This document shows positions 1-11,314 of a DNA stretch of 64,000 nucleotides, piece after piece. The notes beneath the pieces are model-generated. The model searched no databases, had not been told where the DNA came from, and saw only the letters and a program-made list of their open reading frames with translations. The first letter of the stretch is position 1. Each line of letters begins with the position of its first letter. The stretch is from Vicugna vicugna (taxonomy: Eukaryota), in contig MU059881.1 of NCBI GenBank assembly GCA_013265495.1, positions 1-64,000 on the forward strand, given 5' to 3'. The translations under genes were made by a program, and so were the position numbers.

Positions 1-1
1 G

Positions 2-967
2 CTGAGGGTTTGCTTCGCTTGCTTCAAGGCTGCCTTTCTGGACTTCAAAGAGTTTTTGGAGGAGGAGGACTGGGAAGATGAAGACTGGAACCCTGAGCTG
101 GTGGTGCACGTGGGGGCGGGGTCTGAGCTGGGGGCATCCCCGGGGGTGGGGCCCGGCTGGGGGCAGGCCCAAGGGGGGCCTGCCCAGGGCGGGGCCGTGG
201 CCTGGGGGCCGGGCCCCCTGGGGGCAGGCCCTGTGGGGTACGAGGAGGTGGGCCTGGACCATTACTTCGTGCCCACCGAGCTGGAGCCTCAGAACGCGGT
301 GCCCCTGGGCCTGGGTCCCGAGGACGCTGACTGGGTCCAGGGCCTCCCCTGGAGACTCGGGAGGCTTCCGACCTGCTCGCACTGGCCACGCTCCTCTCTT
401 CCCTGGCAGGGGATTCTCAGAGTGGACCTGCCCCCAGGGGCGCCCATGGTCCTGGAGCTGGGCACCACCCAGGCCGTGGACGCTGCTGAGGCCGAGGCCT
501 GGTTGCTGGGCCTGCAGGTCATCTGTATGGTGGGCTGCTCCGATGCCATCTACTTCCGCAAGATGAAGCCGACACGGGCCCTGAGGACCCCAGGCCAGCG
601 TTGGAAGCTGGTGCTGGAGCCCAGCGAGCTGTGGGTGGTGAGACTCCAAGACGCACCCCAGGTGCAGGACCTGCACCGGTGGCAGCTCAGTATTCTGGAA
701 TCCTCTCCTCCGGCGGGGAATGAAGAGCTGGTCCCTGCAGACTCAGCCCTGCTTAAAAGGGGATTCTCCATCCTCTCTTTCTCACCCTGGGCCCAAAGGG
801 AGGCAGAGGAGGGGGACTCAGCACCTGGGCCACAGCCCTCCAGCCGGGGAGGGGACCCGGGCCCCAGCGGGCCTGGAGGGCCTGGGGAGGGCCTGGCCGT
901 CCCGGGAGCCTCAGCCCCGGGGGAGCTGCCGTGTTTCCAGCCCTTCGGCCCAGGGCCCCAGAACTGA
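2..967 (+). CDS. TEX19: Testis-expressed protein 19, long form; 5'-partial (N-terminus lies upstream of the window)
   Basis: The frame is open from nt 2: [33 protein letters not shown]. This matches recalled human TEX19 ([31 protein letters not shown]). The conserved VPTEL motif is at 269-283 and the TGA at 965-967. The ORF-track start at 56 (TTG) is not the real start. The gene lies upstream of UTS2R, as in other mammals. Confidence 0.95.
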   Translation: MRVCFACFKAAFLDFKEFLEEEDWEDEDWNPELVVHVGAGSELGASPGVGPGWGQAQGGPAQGGAVAWGPGPLGAGPVGYEEVGLDHYFVPTELEPQNAVPLGLGPEDADWVQGLPWRLGRLPTCSHWPRSSLPWQGILRVDLPPGAPMVLELGTTQAVDAAEAEAWLLGLQVICMVGCSDAIYFRKMKPTRALRTPGQRWKLVLEPSELWVVRLQDAPQVQDLHRWQLSILESSPPAGNEELVPADSALLKRGFSILSFSPWAQREAEEGDSAPGPQPSSRGGDPGPSGPGGPGEGLAVPGASAPGELPCFQPFGPGPQN

Positions 968-1461
968 GGGACTGAGGCCCGAGTGGTCACCGTTGTCCTG
1001 GCTTCCCCAGGACACCAGAGGCTGGGAAGGACTGACAGACCTGCCAGGGTAGCAAGTGGCAGAGGATGGGGATGGGGGGCTGTGGGGGAAGAGTGGTGAG
1101 TGGCCAGGAGACTGAGAAACGGGACTTGCTGTGACCTTAGCAGAAAGCAACACAAAGCCAACATTGAGAGAGAAGCTTTTGCCCGGGGACTGTCATGGAG
1201 GTGGGACAGGATTCTGACAAGGACATGCTGGCGTGAACAGCTGCTGCCCAGTGTGTGAGGCAGAAGGCAGCGTGCCGCTCTGTGTGCCAGCCCTGTCTGG
1301 GACCTGTGGAGAGACGTTGTGGGCGTATACACTCTCCCAGGACCACGCAGGACAGTCTCGGGGCTCCCTGGAACCCTGTTTGCGGCAGGAGAAGACCTGG
1401 TTTCCAAAGTTGGCATTTCATGCAGTTTGAGGGTTGAGTTCCCGTTGTGTTTTTGTTTTTG

Positions 1462-1471
1462 ATTAAATAAA
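1462..1471 (+). terminator. TEX19 poly(A) signal (overlapping ATTAAA/AATAAA)
   Basis: ATTAAATAAA about 500 nt after the stop, preceded by a U-rich tract (1447-1460). Confidence 0.7.
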
Positions 1472-2624
1472 GCAGTAAGAGTTTTGCATCAAGCCCTGTG
1501 CTGCGTGATTCCCAGCCAGCGGTTGGCTCTGTCGTCTCAGTGTCGTACCGGTTTGAGTCCCTGGGGAGCAGGGGACAGAGCTGGGAGCGGCCCAGGCCAG
1601 ATGAGGGTTCTGGTCAGGTTTTTGGCTCCTGGTGGGAGTTCATTTTCCAGGTGTTTGTCATGTTATTTATAAACCACAAATACAAACACACAGGCTTAAA
1701 ATAACGAAGTACCATGCTTGGAACAACAAGAGTGTGTCCGCAGATAGAGATTTTCAAGAATCTAAATATGTGCCCCAGATTCTTGAAAAAACCTACAGGC
1801 AGGACCATGTGCAAAGACTGCTAACGACATTCCCGAGCCAGGGCAGGGGCCAGGCTTCGCAGCGGAACCGCCGCCCTGCGCACCTCACTGCAGAAGGACG
1901 CTCCAGAGCTCTCGCCACCAGTGAGGGTGCTGTAGGCAGTGCCGCGGCTCTTCATCGGCTGCTTCCCTTCCCGTAAATGGTCAGTCTGGGGGTTTCTGCA
2001 GCCCTCCGCGGGGGGCCCCGGCTGGCAGAGTCTCCCCCCATCCCAGGGTGGGCTGTGTCCCTGTCAGTGCAGGATGCGGGTCTAAGAGTCCATTCTGGGC
2101 GGGGGTGGCTGCTGCAGCGTTAGGTACTGATGGGGGCAGTCAGTCCTGTCACCGGAGTTTGAGGGCGTCTCTCTACATACCTTTCAGAAGTGAGTCTCCA
2201 GGTCTTCAGTCGTGAAGACTTCCTGCGCGGGTTAAGTGGAGGGAAGGCACTGATGCAGCAGCCGTGGGCAAAGCCTCATCTCCACACAACCTCATGGTTC
2301 TGTGGGCGTTTATTGCCGTGGAGTCTGTGATCGAATGTGCTCCTGGCTCTTCTTCCAATCAACCCAGGCTGGTCTCGTCCTTTCCTGTCTCTGTCCCTCC
2401 AGGTCAAATAGTCTGTTTATTCATTATTCCAGAAAACCCTTGTTTGGGGCAAACTTTTTTTTAGATGACCCGGCTGCTTTGCAGTACTGCAGGGATACTG
2501 AGGTCAGGAGGGGCCCCCCTCTTTGCCTCTTTCCTAAGCGGCTGTATCTGGTTCCTCAGCTCTTCTCACCAAAAACGGGGAAAACATCAACTCCCATGGT
2601 TATAGTGAAGGTGAAATCAGATCA

Positions 2625-3176
2625 AATGTGTCCTCAAAAACTGGAACATAAGACGACCATACGACCCAGCAATTCTATTCCAGGTGTGTACCCACGTAAA
2701 CTAAAAACCTGTACACACAGGCTCATAGCAGCATCAGTCACTGTCGCCAAAAGGTGGGAACAATCCAAATGTCCACCAGCTGATGATGGATAAACAAAAT
2801 GTGATCTCTCTGTAAGATGGAGAATGATCGTGAAAAGGAATGATGTTCTGGGACACACTGCAACGCGGATGAATTTTGAAAACAGTGTGGTAAGTGACTG
2901 AAGGCTGTGGTTACGAAAGAGCACAGAGTGTGTGACTTCATTTATATCAAATGTCTGGAGCGGGCATCGGCATAGAGACAGTGGCAGATGAGTGGGTGCC
3001 GGAGATGGAGGGAAACAGGGAAGGGGAGTAAGTGCTCAACGTGTGTAGGGTGTCCTTCTGGGGTCATGAAATGTTCGGAGACTAGACAGGCCACAGTCGC
3101 ACAACACTCTGGATGTGCTACATACCACCAAGTAATTTTGTGTTAAGTGAATTTTACTTCAATTAGAAAAAAAGAG
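2625..3176 (+). mobile_element. Old LINE-1 (L1M-type) 3' fragment
   Basis: Typical L1 ORF2-end/3'UTR text (ccatacgacccagcaattc..., aaatgtccaccagctgatga, ttttgtgttaagtgaattttacttcaattagaaaaaaa). Confidence 0.8.
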
Positions 3177-5388
3177 TCAAACGTACAAGTTGTAGCACCT
3201 TGGCCCAGAGTAGGAGCAACTGTCCGCTCTCTTCCCGGAGGGCCTGTGAAGGGTGGGAACAGCCCCCCAGCCCCCCACACCCGCTTCACTGTGAATTAAT
3301 CCACTCTTTGGATAAGAACAGCTGCAGTCAGGTCGGCCTTTGGTGGAAACGCTGTCCCCGCGTTGCACACAGTCACCGGGTGATTCGTCTCCGGAGCCCA
3401 AAGCAGCACCACAAACAAGGCCGCTCGTCTGCAGTCGCAGCCTGGGCTCCTGCGGACGCGCGTTCCCCTTGGGTGTCCCAGGTTGCATGAAAAACAGCTC
3501 GGCATTGTTGACCAGCAACTGCATTTACCTGGGAGCCATCGTCTTATCAGGCGACTCTGCACCGGCCCTGGGAGTGAGGACGTGGCGCGTTTCTCTGAGG
3601 AGCGAGGCCGAGCGCAGAGGACAGAGCACGGGCCAGCGAGGGTGGGGCCCAGAGCAGGCGAGATGGATGAGAACTTGGGGCATCTGACCTTCTGCAGCTC
3701 AGGCGCCTTCCAGAAACATCTCCGCGGTGCTGACAGCGTTCCCAGCCCTGCAGGGGCCAAAGCGCGGTCAGGGGACGTCCACCGTGGCTTTTCCACCCAG
3801 TGGGGCAGGGCTGGGGTCCTCTGATTTCCGAGGGGAGCAGGGACAGGACTGACTTGTCCTGGTATCCTGTGCTGACAGGAGGTCAAAGGGCACGGTCAAG
3901 ACACCTGTCCACATTGCTGACCAAACCAGGCCTGTGCTCCCCCCGCCCCAGAGGGGCCCAGCCAGTCCCAGCCACCCTCCCTGGGACGTGGGGGCGTCTT
4001 TGTGTTGCGGGAGCCTCTGTTTCTGGGGTGGCCCATGGTCCCCAGTGCCCAGCCTTTGGGCACTTGGTGGAAACACTGCAGGAATAAACAAAGTGTCTCC
4101 ACAAACTGTCCCTTGTTGGGGGCAATGTGGGTGAAGGTACGTGCCTGCTTCAGGAAGAGGGGACCCTGCCCCAGTCTGCAGACGAAAATCTGGTAACATT
4201 ACTGGGGCTTCTCTGGAACTTTCTGTGTCAGGCAGGGAAAACAACGGGACTGAGACTCCCCTACCCCAGCTTCAAGGCGGGCAGGCACTCAAGGTGGCAG
4301 GCATCCCCACTGCCAGAACCTGAGGAGGCGACACTGGTCCAGATGTGGCCTGTCCCGCCAGGGCCCGAGCATCCCGTGAAGGGGGTGCACCCCTCTAGAG
4401 TCCGAGCCTCTGAAGACCCAGGCCTGGGGGCCTCTAGGCCTTGTTGCTGCAGCTGCCGAGGGGCCACACCCAGACCTGAAGGGCCGCTGCAGCACAGGGC
4501 ACGTGTCCAGGGACCCAGGGCCTCACAGCACCCAGGGGACAGCTGACCACTCCTCAGCCTGAGCTGGGACTGTGGCCTGTCCCATCTTTAGTCTCCATCT
4601 TCTGGGGGCTTTAGCTTTGTGCCTGGCAGGTCACCCCGCACGGACCCCTAAGCTTTAGAAGAATCATCTCCTCCTGCCGCACCCTAGCAGCCCACAGCCC
4701 AGGCAGCCCCCTCCTCCGGCACTCCCCTCTGGACCAGCCCCTCACCGGCTCTGTAATTGGAGGTGGTGAAGTCTCTCCCCCTCACTCAGCCAGGAGACAA
4801 ACGAGGCGCCCCGCTGTTTCCTCTCCCCACTGGGTCAAACGCTCCTCCCAGGCAGAGACCAAGGTACCAGCCTCGTCTCTACGGCGCCCCGCTCCTGACC
4901 GCCAGGCGGCACCAGTGGGGTGCCAGCGCTTCACGCGCTTTGACTCCTCTAAATCTCAATGCTCCGATGAGGCAGGTTCTACATTTAGTCAGATTTTACA
5001 GAGGGGGAAGCTGAGGCACAGAGAGATGTGGTAGCTCCCCTGAGGCCACAGGTGGCAAGGAAAGGCACCCAGATTCACACCGAGGCAGCCAGAGTCCAGA
5101 CCTCTTTGGCCATCTCTGTGTCCGGCCCGGAGCCCTGCCCGACTGTGGCCTGTGCAGCAGTCCCTGTGCAGCAGGGTCAGCTGCCAGGGTCACTGAGCAG
5201 CCAGCCTGACACAGGGTCCCTGTGCAGCAGCTGGCAGTGTGTGGTGGAGCGCCACAGAGCCTTTCAGAGGGGTGAGTGGGCTCCTGTCTGTCCCGTGAGG
5301 GAAAAAAGTGCGAAAGGAGAGCGACAGTATTATTCCATTTAGAACATTTTAAAGCACGTTATTAATGGCCTGTGGAAAAGACCTGATC

Positions 5389-5506
5389 AAAAACAAGTTT
5401 GGAGGAACAGTTCTCGGAGCTTCCTGAGATGCTCTTCCCAGGTTATAATCCTCAAATTTGGCTCATATAAAAATTTTCCGTTTCTTTCTTAAAAAAATAA
5501 GTTTGG
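5389..5506 (+). mobile_element. 90-bp ERV/LTR 3'-end fragment with short A-tail, flanked by a 14-bp target-site duplication
   Basis: Direct repeats AAAAACAAGTTTGG (5389-5402) and AAAAATAAGTTTGG (5493-5506), 13/14 identical. The insert (cccaggttataatcctcaaatttggctcatataaaaattttccgtttctttctt) resembles recalled artiodactyl ERV LTR ends. Confidence 0.6.
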
Positions 5507-8129
5507 GAGTCACCCCAAAGTCAGGGCAGTGGAGCCTCTGGGGAGGGAGAAGACTGGAAATGTGGAGGGCTAGGCATGTGTCATTTCCAAAATCAACAAT
5601 CTGAAGCAAAGACGGAAAAATACCGTCACCTGTTCGGGATAGGGGTGCCCAGGTGTGTGTGTCATGTGCTGAGTGAGTGTAAAAAAAAGGTGGTGGTGAC
5701 CGTGCTGATGGTGGCGGTGAAGAAAGTCCCCAGGAGAGACCTGCAGGAGTGGGGACCCCACCCCTTGGATTCTGGCTGCTGCACAGGCTGTGCCACTGGT
5801 TTGGGGGCTAGGGCCCCCCACTGCTGTCTGCATGGATGGGGCTGAAGGGCCTCAGGAGGAAAGTGGGCCCCCTGACCTCCTTGTTTCCCAGGGAGGCAGG
5901 GGGTGGTGCCATGGCCCTGCTGAGGGGAGGGGTGCTTCTGTGCTGTTACGTGGACAGATCAGGAGTTAGACCCCCGACAGTCGGGACATGTGGCCTCGGT
6001 TGTCCTCTCAGGAGAACCCGGAGCCCCTGGGGTTTCCTCCCCGCTCCAGCATGACTCCCACCTTGGCAATCCCCAGGAGGGCTCTCGGGCCTCTCACCCA
6101 GCCTCTTCACTCACAACAAGCAGCTTCCTGGTCCTGAACTGGGACCCTTTTCCGCAGGTCAGCCAGCCTGAGTGGCCCCAGGGACCTGGGAGGCTGCGGG
6201 GTTGGACCTGCAGCACCTGTGCAAATGGCAGGAGGCCCACGGGGCTTACCCTGGGGCCCCCAATGCCGATTCCAGGAGAAGAGGTCTCATGTGGCCTGAC
6301 ACGTCTCACCCTCCCTGCGCTCCTGTGCTTTCCGTTGGGAGTTACTCTGAGCTCCGAGCTGCCTCCTGCCAGCTTGCACTTCAATCACTTGGATGGCTCA
6401 GGTGTTGGAGGCGCTCCACTGATTTTTAGGCGCCTGCCTCCAGCTGGAGGCCTGCGCGTGTTTTGATTGGTTTGATTGATACCCGCATCCCTCCAGCTGG
6501 GTCTCAGATCTTGGGGTATTTGAGACAAGGCCTGGGGAAATTGTAGTTCTTGAAATTGAAGTCAAGTAATGACATTAGCAGCAGCTCAAAGGGAACGGTC
6601 TCCTGGAAAAGCACAGGTAGCTGCTGACTGCAGAGGGGCTCTGGGCTGGGGAGTGGGGGAACCAGGCAGGTGTGTTCCCACTGGGACCTCCCTCTAGAGC
6701 AGATGCCCCCAGCTGGGTCCCAGGTAGGCTCTGCCGGTGACTGAGCTCTGGGTGGGGCCACACCAGCCCACCCCGTCCTCCCAGCCTTTGCTCTGGAGCT
6801 AGACTGTCGGGGGTGCACTGCGAGGCCTGTGCTCCTCACACCCCCAGTCCCGCTCCCGTCCCTTTTCCCTTTCTCTTTCCCAGGCACTTTTTTTTGGAGG
6901 GTGGAGACGACAGGATGTGCCTCTGACGAGTCTGTGGTCGGGCTGGATGTGACCCCAGCCCGTGAGGAGATCCCATGAAGCCAGATTCTGCCCATGGAAC
7001 CTCATTTTCCATGTAATTTAATAATACAATTGGAAAGGAGTTCTTGCAGGAAAATTACCGTTTCAAAACATATTTAACTCGTTACATGCAGAGCAAAGCT
7101 TCGAAGTCACATCTGTGGAAAGTGATTATGATTCAGTGGCCCGTAAAGTGAATCAGAGATGGACACGGAGCACAGCAAGTTTTAGGGGCAGGGCCTCCAG
7201 CCCAGGGCCCACGGCGTCAGCGGCCTGCAGGACCCTGCCCCTTCTCTAACCCTCCCAACCCCGTGGCCACTTTGGGGTCCAGGCTGAGGATACAGTGCAA
7301 TAGAGGAGGGCTCTCAGGTGTCTCCCTGATGGTGCCCCTGGGGGGCATACCCGGGCCACCAGCACCTTCAGGACTCACAATATCTCCCTCCCCAACCCTT
7401 GCCCCCTGTCGTTCACCACCCCTACACCACCGTCCATGGGGTCTGTCCAGAATGCATGCTGGATGGGTGTCTGTCCTCCTGTGGTGCAAGCAGGGAGAGG
7501 GCCGTGGGACAGGTGGCCTGTGGCTCTGCAGGACGTCATGACTAGGAGATGAGATCAGGTTGCTCCGAGAAGGGCAAGGAGCTGACTGACACGTAAGCAG
7601 ATGCTGTCCTAGGGCATCCGTACATCCTGGCCAGTGGCCCTAAGGGCCTGTGTCAGGCTGGCTGCTCAGTGACCCTGGCAGCTGACCCTGGCTGTGTTCC
7701 TGGCCCGCCCTGGTCACAGGGTGCTTGGACAAAGGCAGCAGGTGGGTCTGAGCGCTGTGAGGCCGGCCAGCCCGTCACCTGCCCACAGAGTGGGAGGAAG
7801 AGAGTGAGACCCACCCTTGAGTCCACTTGTCCAAGACGGTGGTGGGGTGACTCAGATACTCCCCGGTGCCAAGATCCACTGGGCTCAGGGACCCCGTCTG
7901 TCCATGGAGAGTGGGGGTCATGCTCAGGGGGCCCCAGGCTCCCTGGAAGTGCTGGAGTTTCTGAAAAAGACCTGACAAGAAGGATGCCTAGGATTTTCAA
8001 AGAGATAAAGGAAGGAATGTGACCTATTAAAGGAAACAAAGTAGCAGCTCTGGTCATCAGCAGCCAAAGGGACCGCAACCCGGGGGAGTCCATCGTGGAT
8101 GAAGGTGTGGACAGCGGAATATTATTCAG

Positions 8130-8405
8130 CCCTGAAGGGGGAGGGCATTCTGGCCCTTCTACAACACGGAGGAACCTCATAGTACGTGGAAGGAGCCAGA
8201 CACTGAGGTTCAAACCCTGGATGACTCCGCTGTAACCGGTCTCTAGAAGAATCACATCCATGGAGCCAGAGGGAGAATGTGGATGTCGGGGGCTGGGGGT
8301 GGGGGTGCAGGGTTGTTCAGTGGAGACAGAATTTCCGTTGGGTTGATAAAAGGTTTTGGAAATGGGGACGAGTGCACAACATTATGAATGTCACTAATGT
8401 CACTG
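8130..8405 (+). mobile_element. Old L1 3'UTR fragment
   Basis: L1M-like text: gggttgttcagtggagacagaatttccgttgggg...tgcacaacattatgaatgtcactaatgtcact. Confidence 0.6.
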
Positions 8406-8607
8406 GGTTCCCCCTCCACCACTGAGGCTCAGCACCTGAGAAACAGGGGTGGGGGTGCCGAGGGCAAAGGGACGCAGAAACGCCCCCAAGAGCGGCTGCA
8501 GCCCGGCTGGACGTGGCTTCACCCCCATGGACACGATAAGGGTCCTAAGGCGGTATGACCCGCCCATATCCCACCCCAGGGAGCGCAGCCCAGACGCCCC
8601 CATTAGG

Positions 8608-8915
8608 NNNNNNNNNNNNNNNNNNNNNNNNNNNNNNNNNNNNNNNNNNNNNNNNNNNNNNNNNNNNNNNNNNNNNNNNNNNNNNNNNNNNNNNNNNNNN
8701 NNNNNNNNNNNNNNNNNNNNNNNNNNNNNNNNNNNNNNNNNNNNNNNNNNNNNNNNNNNNNNNNNNNNNNNNNNNNNNNNNNNNNNNNNNNNNNNNNNNN
8801 NNNNNNNNNNNNNNNNNNNNNNNNNNNNNNNNNNNNNNNNNNNNNNNNNNNNNNNNNNNNNNNNNNNNNNNNNNNNNNNNNNNNNNNNNNNNNNNNNNNN
8901 NNNNNNNNNNNNNNN
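8608..8915. other. Assembly gap (308 N) within the UTS2R CpG island
   Basis: Run of N directly visible; both flanks are very GC/CpG-rich. Confidence 0.99.
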
Positions 8916-9330
8916 CCCGAGCGCGACCCCGGGGCTCGGCGCACAGACCTGATGGCCCAGTGACCGAGGTGGGCGCGGGCGCTGCGACGGCCGCGGCCGG
9001 TGGGCGCGGGGCGGGGGAGCGGGGCGGGGCCGGGCCGGGCCGGGACCCGGTGCGCGGGGTCCCCTCCCCGCCGGCCCGTGCGGTCCCCAGCCGAATCGCC
9101 CTGCCACGGAGCCCTCCCTGCGTCCCGGAGAGGATGCGCGGCGCTTCAGCGCCGGGTGGCCAGCGGCGAGGTGGTGAGCGGGCTCGGCGAGGGCGTCCTT
9201 TCCCGGGGGGCTCCGAGCCGCGGTCCCCGGCAGACGGTCATCCCGCCGCGGCAGCAGATGCAGGGGCGCCCTCGACTGGGGAACCCCGCGCCCCGCGGCT
9301 CGGTTCCGGGCAGCCCCGGAGGAAGCCTCA
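8916..9330 (+). promoter_or_regulatory. CpG island; probable UTS2R promoter and non-coding first exon
   Basis: Dense CpG and multiple GGGGCGGG boxes. Candidate donor GTG|GTGAGC at 9174. Candidate acceptor ctttccctcAG at 11181-11182, upstream of the UTS2R CDS. Confidence 0.65.
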
Positions 9331-9609
9331 GGAACTTGGGACAGCAGCCGGGAAGGGGAGGCCCCTAGCCCCACCCCCACCCCAGACCAGGGACTGGGCA
9401 GGATCCCGTGGTCAGGGGGCCTGGGGCAGCATCTCTGCACCCAGGTCCCTTTCTGCGTGAAGGGCTTGGACACGCCGGATGGATGCCCCGGGTTTATCTG
9501 GGCTAGTATCAACGCTGGATGTGCAGAGGGGAAAACCCTGGAGCCGCTATTATCCCTGGATACGAGGAGATGGGCTGCTAGAGGGGCCTCTCCTCTCCGT
9601 TCAGGTCTT

Positions 9610-10720
9610 TTTTTTAGGAGGATAATCTTCACACAGTAAGCACAGGTCTTAGGTGAGCAAATCTGAGCGTTTTTACATGTGTCTACACCTGTGTAACCAT
9701 CCCCCAGGGTGCTCTCCAGTTGACACCCCCAGGTAATGCTGTCCTGGAGGTTTGGCCTGTTCCTGGACTTCGGGTAAATAGAATCACACAGTGTATGCTC
9801 TGTCTCTGTTTTTCCTTCGCTCAACGTAGCGTAGGTGAGTTTCACCGTGTGGTTGACTGCAGGGTAATTCCATCTTCACTGGAGCATCCTGATGGGGATG
9901 TCACAGTTTCTGCCTCCACTCTACTGTCCGCAGATGCCCAGCGGTTTCCAGCTCCAGCTGCCGCGAACACTCTCACTCTTCCCTTTTGTGGACATTGCAC
10001 TCATTTGTCTTGGGCACAAGCCTAAGAGTGGATTTGCTGGGTGAGAGGACATGCCCTGACCAGCTGTACCGATGGTGCCAAGTTGCTTTCCGCAGGGGCT
10101 GCACCGTCCCTCGGCCCCATCAGCCGTTCAGCAGTTCACGCCCTCCCAGCGCTCGGTGTCTGCCTTTCTGATTCCAGCAGCCCTGGTGAGGGTGGAGGGG
10201 GTTCTACCCTCGTCTCATGTGCTTCTTGGCCATTTGGAGGTCCTCTTTTGAGAATTTCCTGTTCAAATCTTGTTTGTTTGTTTTTTTTCTCTTTCTTCCA
10301 AATGAGTTGTTAGCCTTTATTGATCTGTAATTCTTTCATATATTTTGGTGGCTAGTTCTTTGTCTGAAATACGCTCTTGACAATCTTTTCCCAGTCCATG
10401 GTTTACATTTTTTACTCCGTGTAGTTAATTTTAATTAAATCATCCTGATGGGTTTTTTAATTGCAAGTATTTCTTGCTTTTTTTTTTCGAGAAATCCTTG
10501 CCCACCCAAGGTCATGCAGATGTTCTTCTGTGTCTCTTGCAGAGCTTAATCAATTGACTTAACCTGTTGTATACTGGTACAGTCCACCTTGAATTGTCCT
10601 TGTGTGCAGTGTGAGGTAGGAGTCAAAGCTCACTTTTCCTGTGCGGATACAGGAGGATTGCAAGGGTTTTCCCCTCTTTACCAAACAGATTTTCCTATTT
10701 GAACTTCAAAGTCATCAGAT
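9610..10720 (-). mobile_element. Degraded L1 3' region, antisense, in the UTS2R intron
   Basis: Reverse-strand L1 ORF2/3'UTR text (tttcatatattttggtggctagttctttgtctgaaata..., cccacccaaggtcatgcagatgttcttctg). Confidence 0.65.
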
Positions 10721-11314
10721 ACTACTTTGGCAGTCTGAACAGAACGTATTTTTCAAAGCACACAGGAGAAATAAATTGGGAGAAGGGACTCTGGGGTCCG
10801 CATGGCCTCCCTGCCGTTCACCGATGAGGAAGAGAGGCCTGGGGAGGGTTCCTGGTTCCATCCACTGCTGACCCCACCCCTGGGGGCTGCTGTGCTGTGC
10901 TCTGATTTTCAGAAAAGTCCAGTCAACCCAGAGGCCTTTGGACTTTCACTGAGGCTGGCGGTGGGGAGGGGACAGCTGGACCAGGTGGTTCTCTGGGTCC
11001 CCTGGGTGGCTGGGGAAACGAGGCCAAGGGGTGGAGCTCTGGACGGAGGGTCCCCCAGGGGTGTGGACAGATGGCCGGCCCCGTCCCTCTGCCGGCATCC
11101 CCAGCCCAGTGGGAACTGTGCCCTCTCATGGGAGCAGAGGGGGTGCCTGACCCACATCTTTAATGGGCTTCCTTTCCCTCAGGACAAGCTTGTCTCCTGC
11201 AGATGCCCCTTCCCTGTCTGAAGGAGCAGCAGACCCCAGCCCCAAGCCCAGCGTGAGGTGGCAGAGACGGCACTGAGCCCAGAGCTGGCAAGCAGGGTCC
11301 CCGTGCCGGCCACC

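Noticed and set aside
8400-9845. Long ORFs (481, 301 and 167 aa) across the gap
   Set aside because: Length is inflated by 308 N, and the flanks are CpG-island and L1 sequence.
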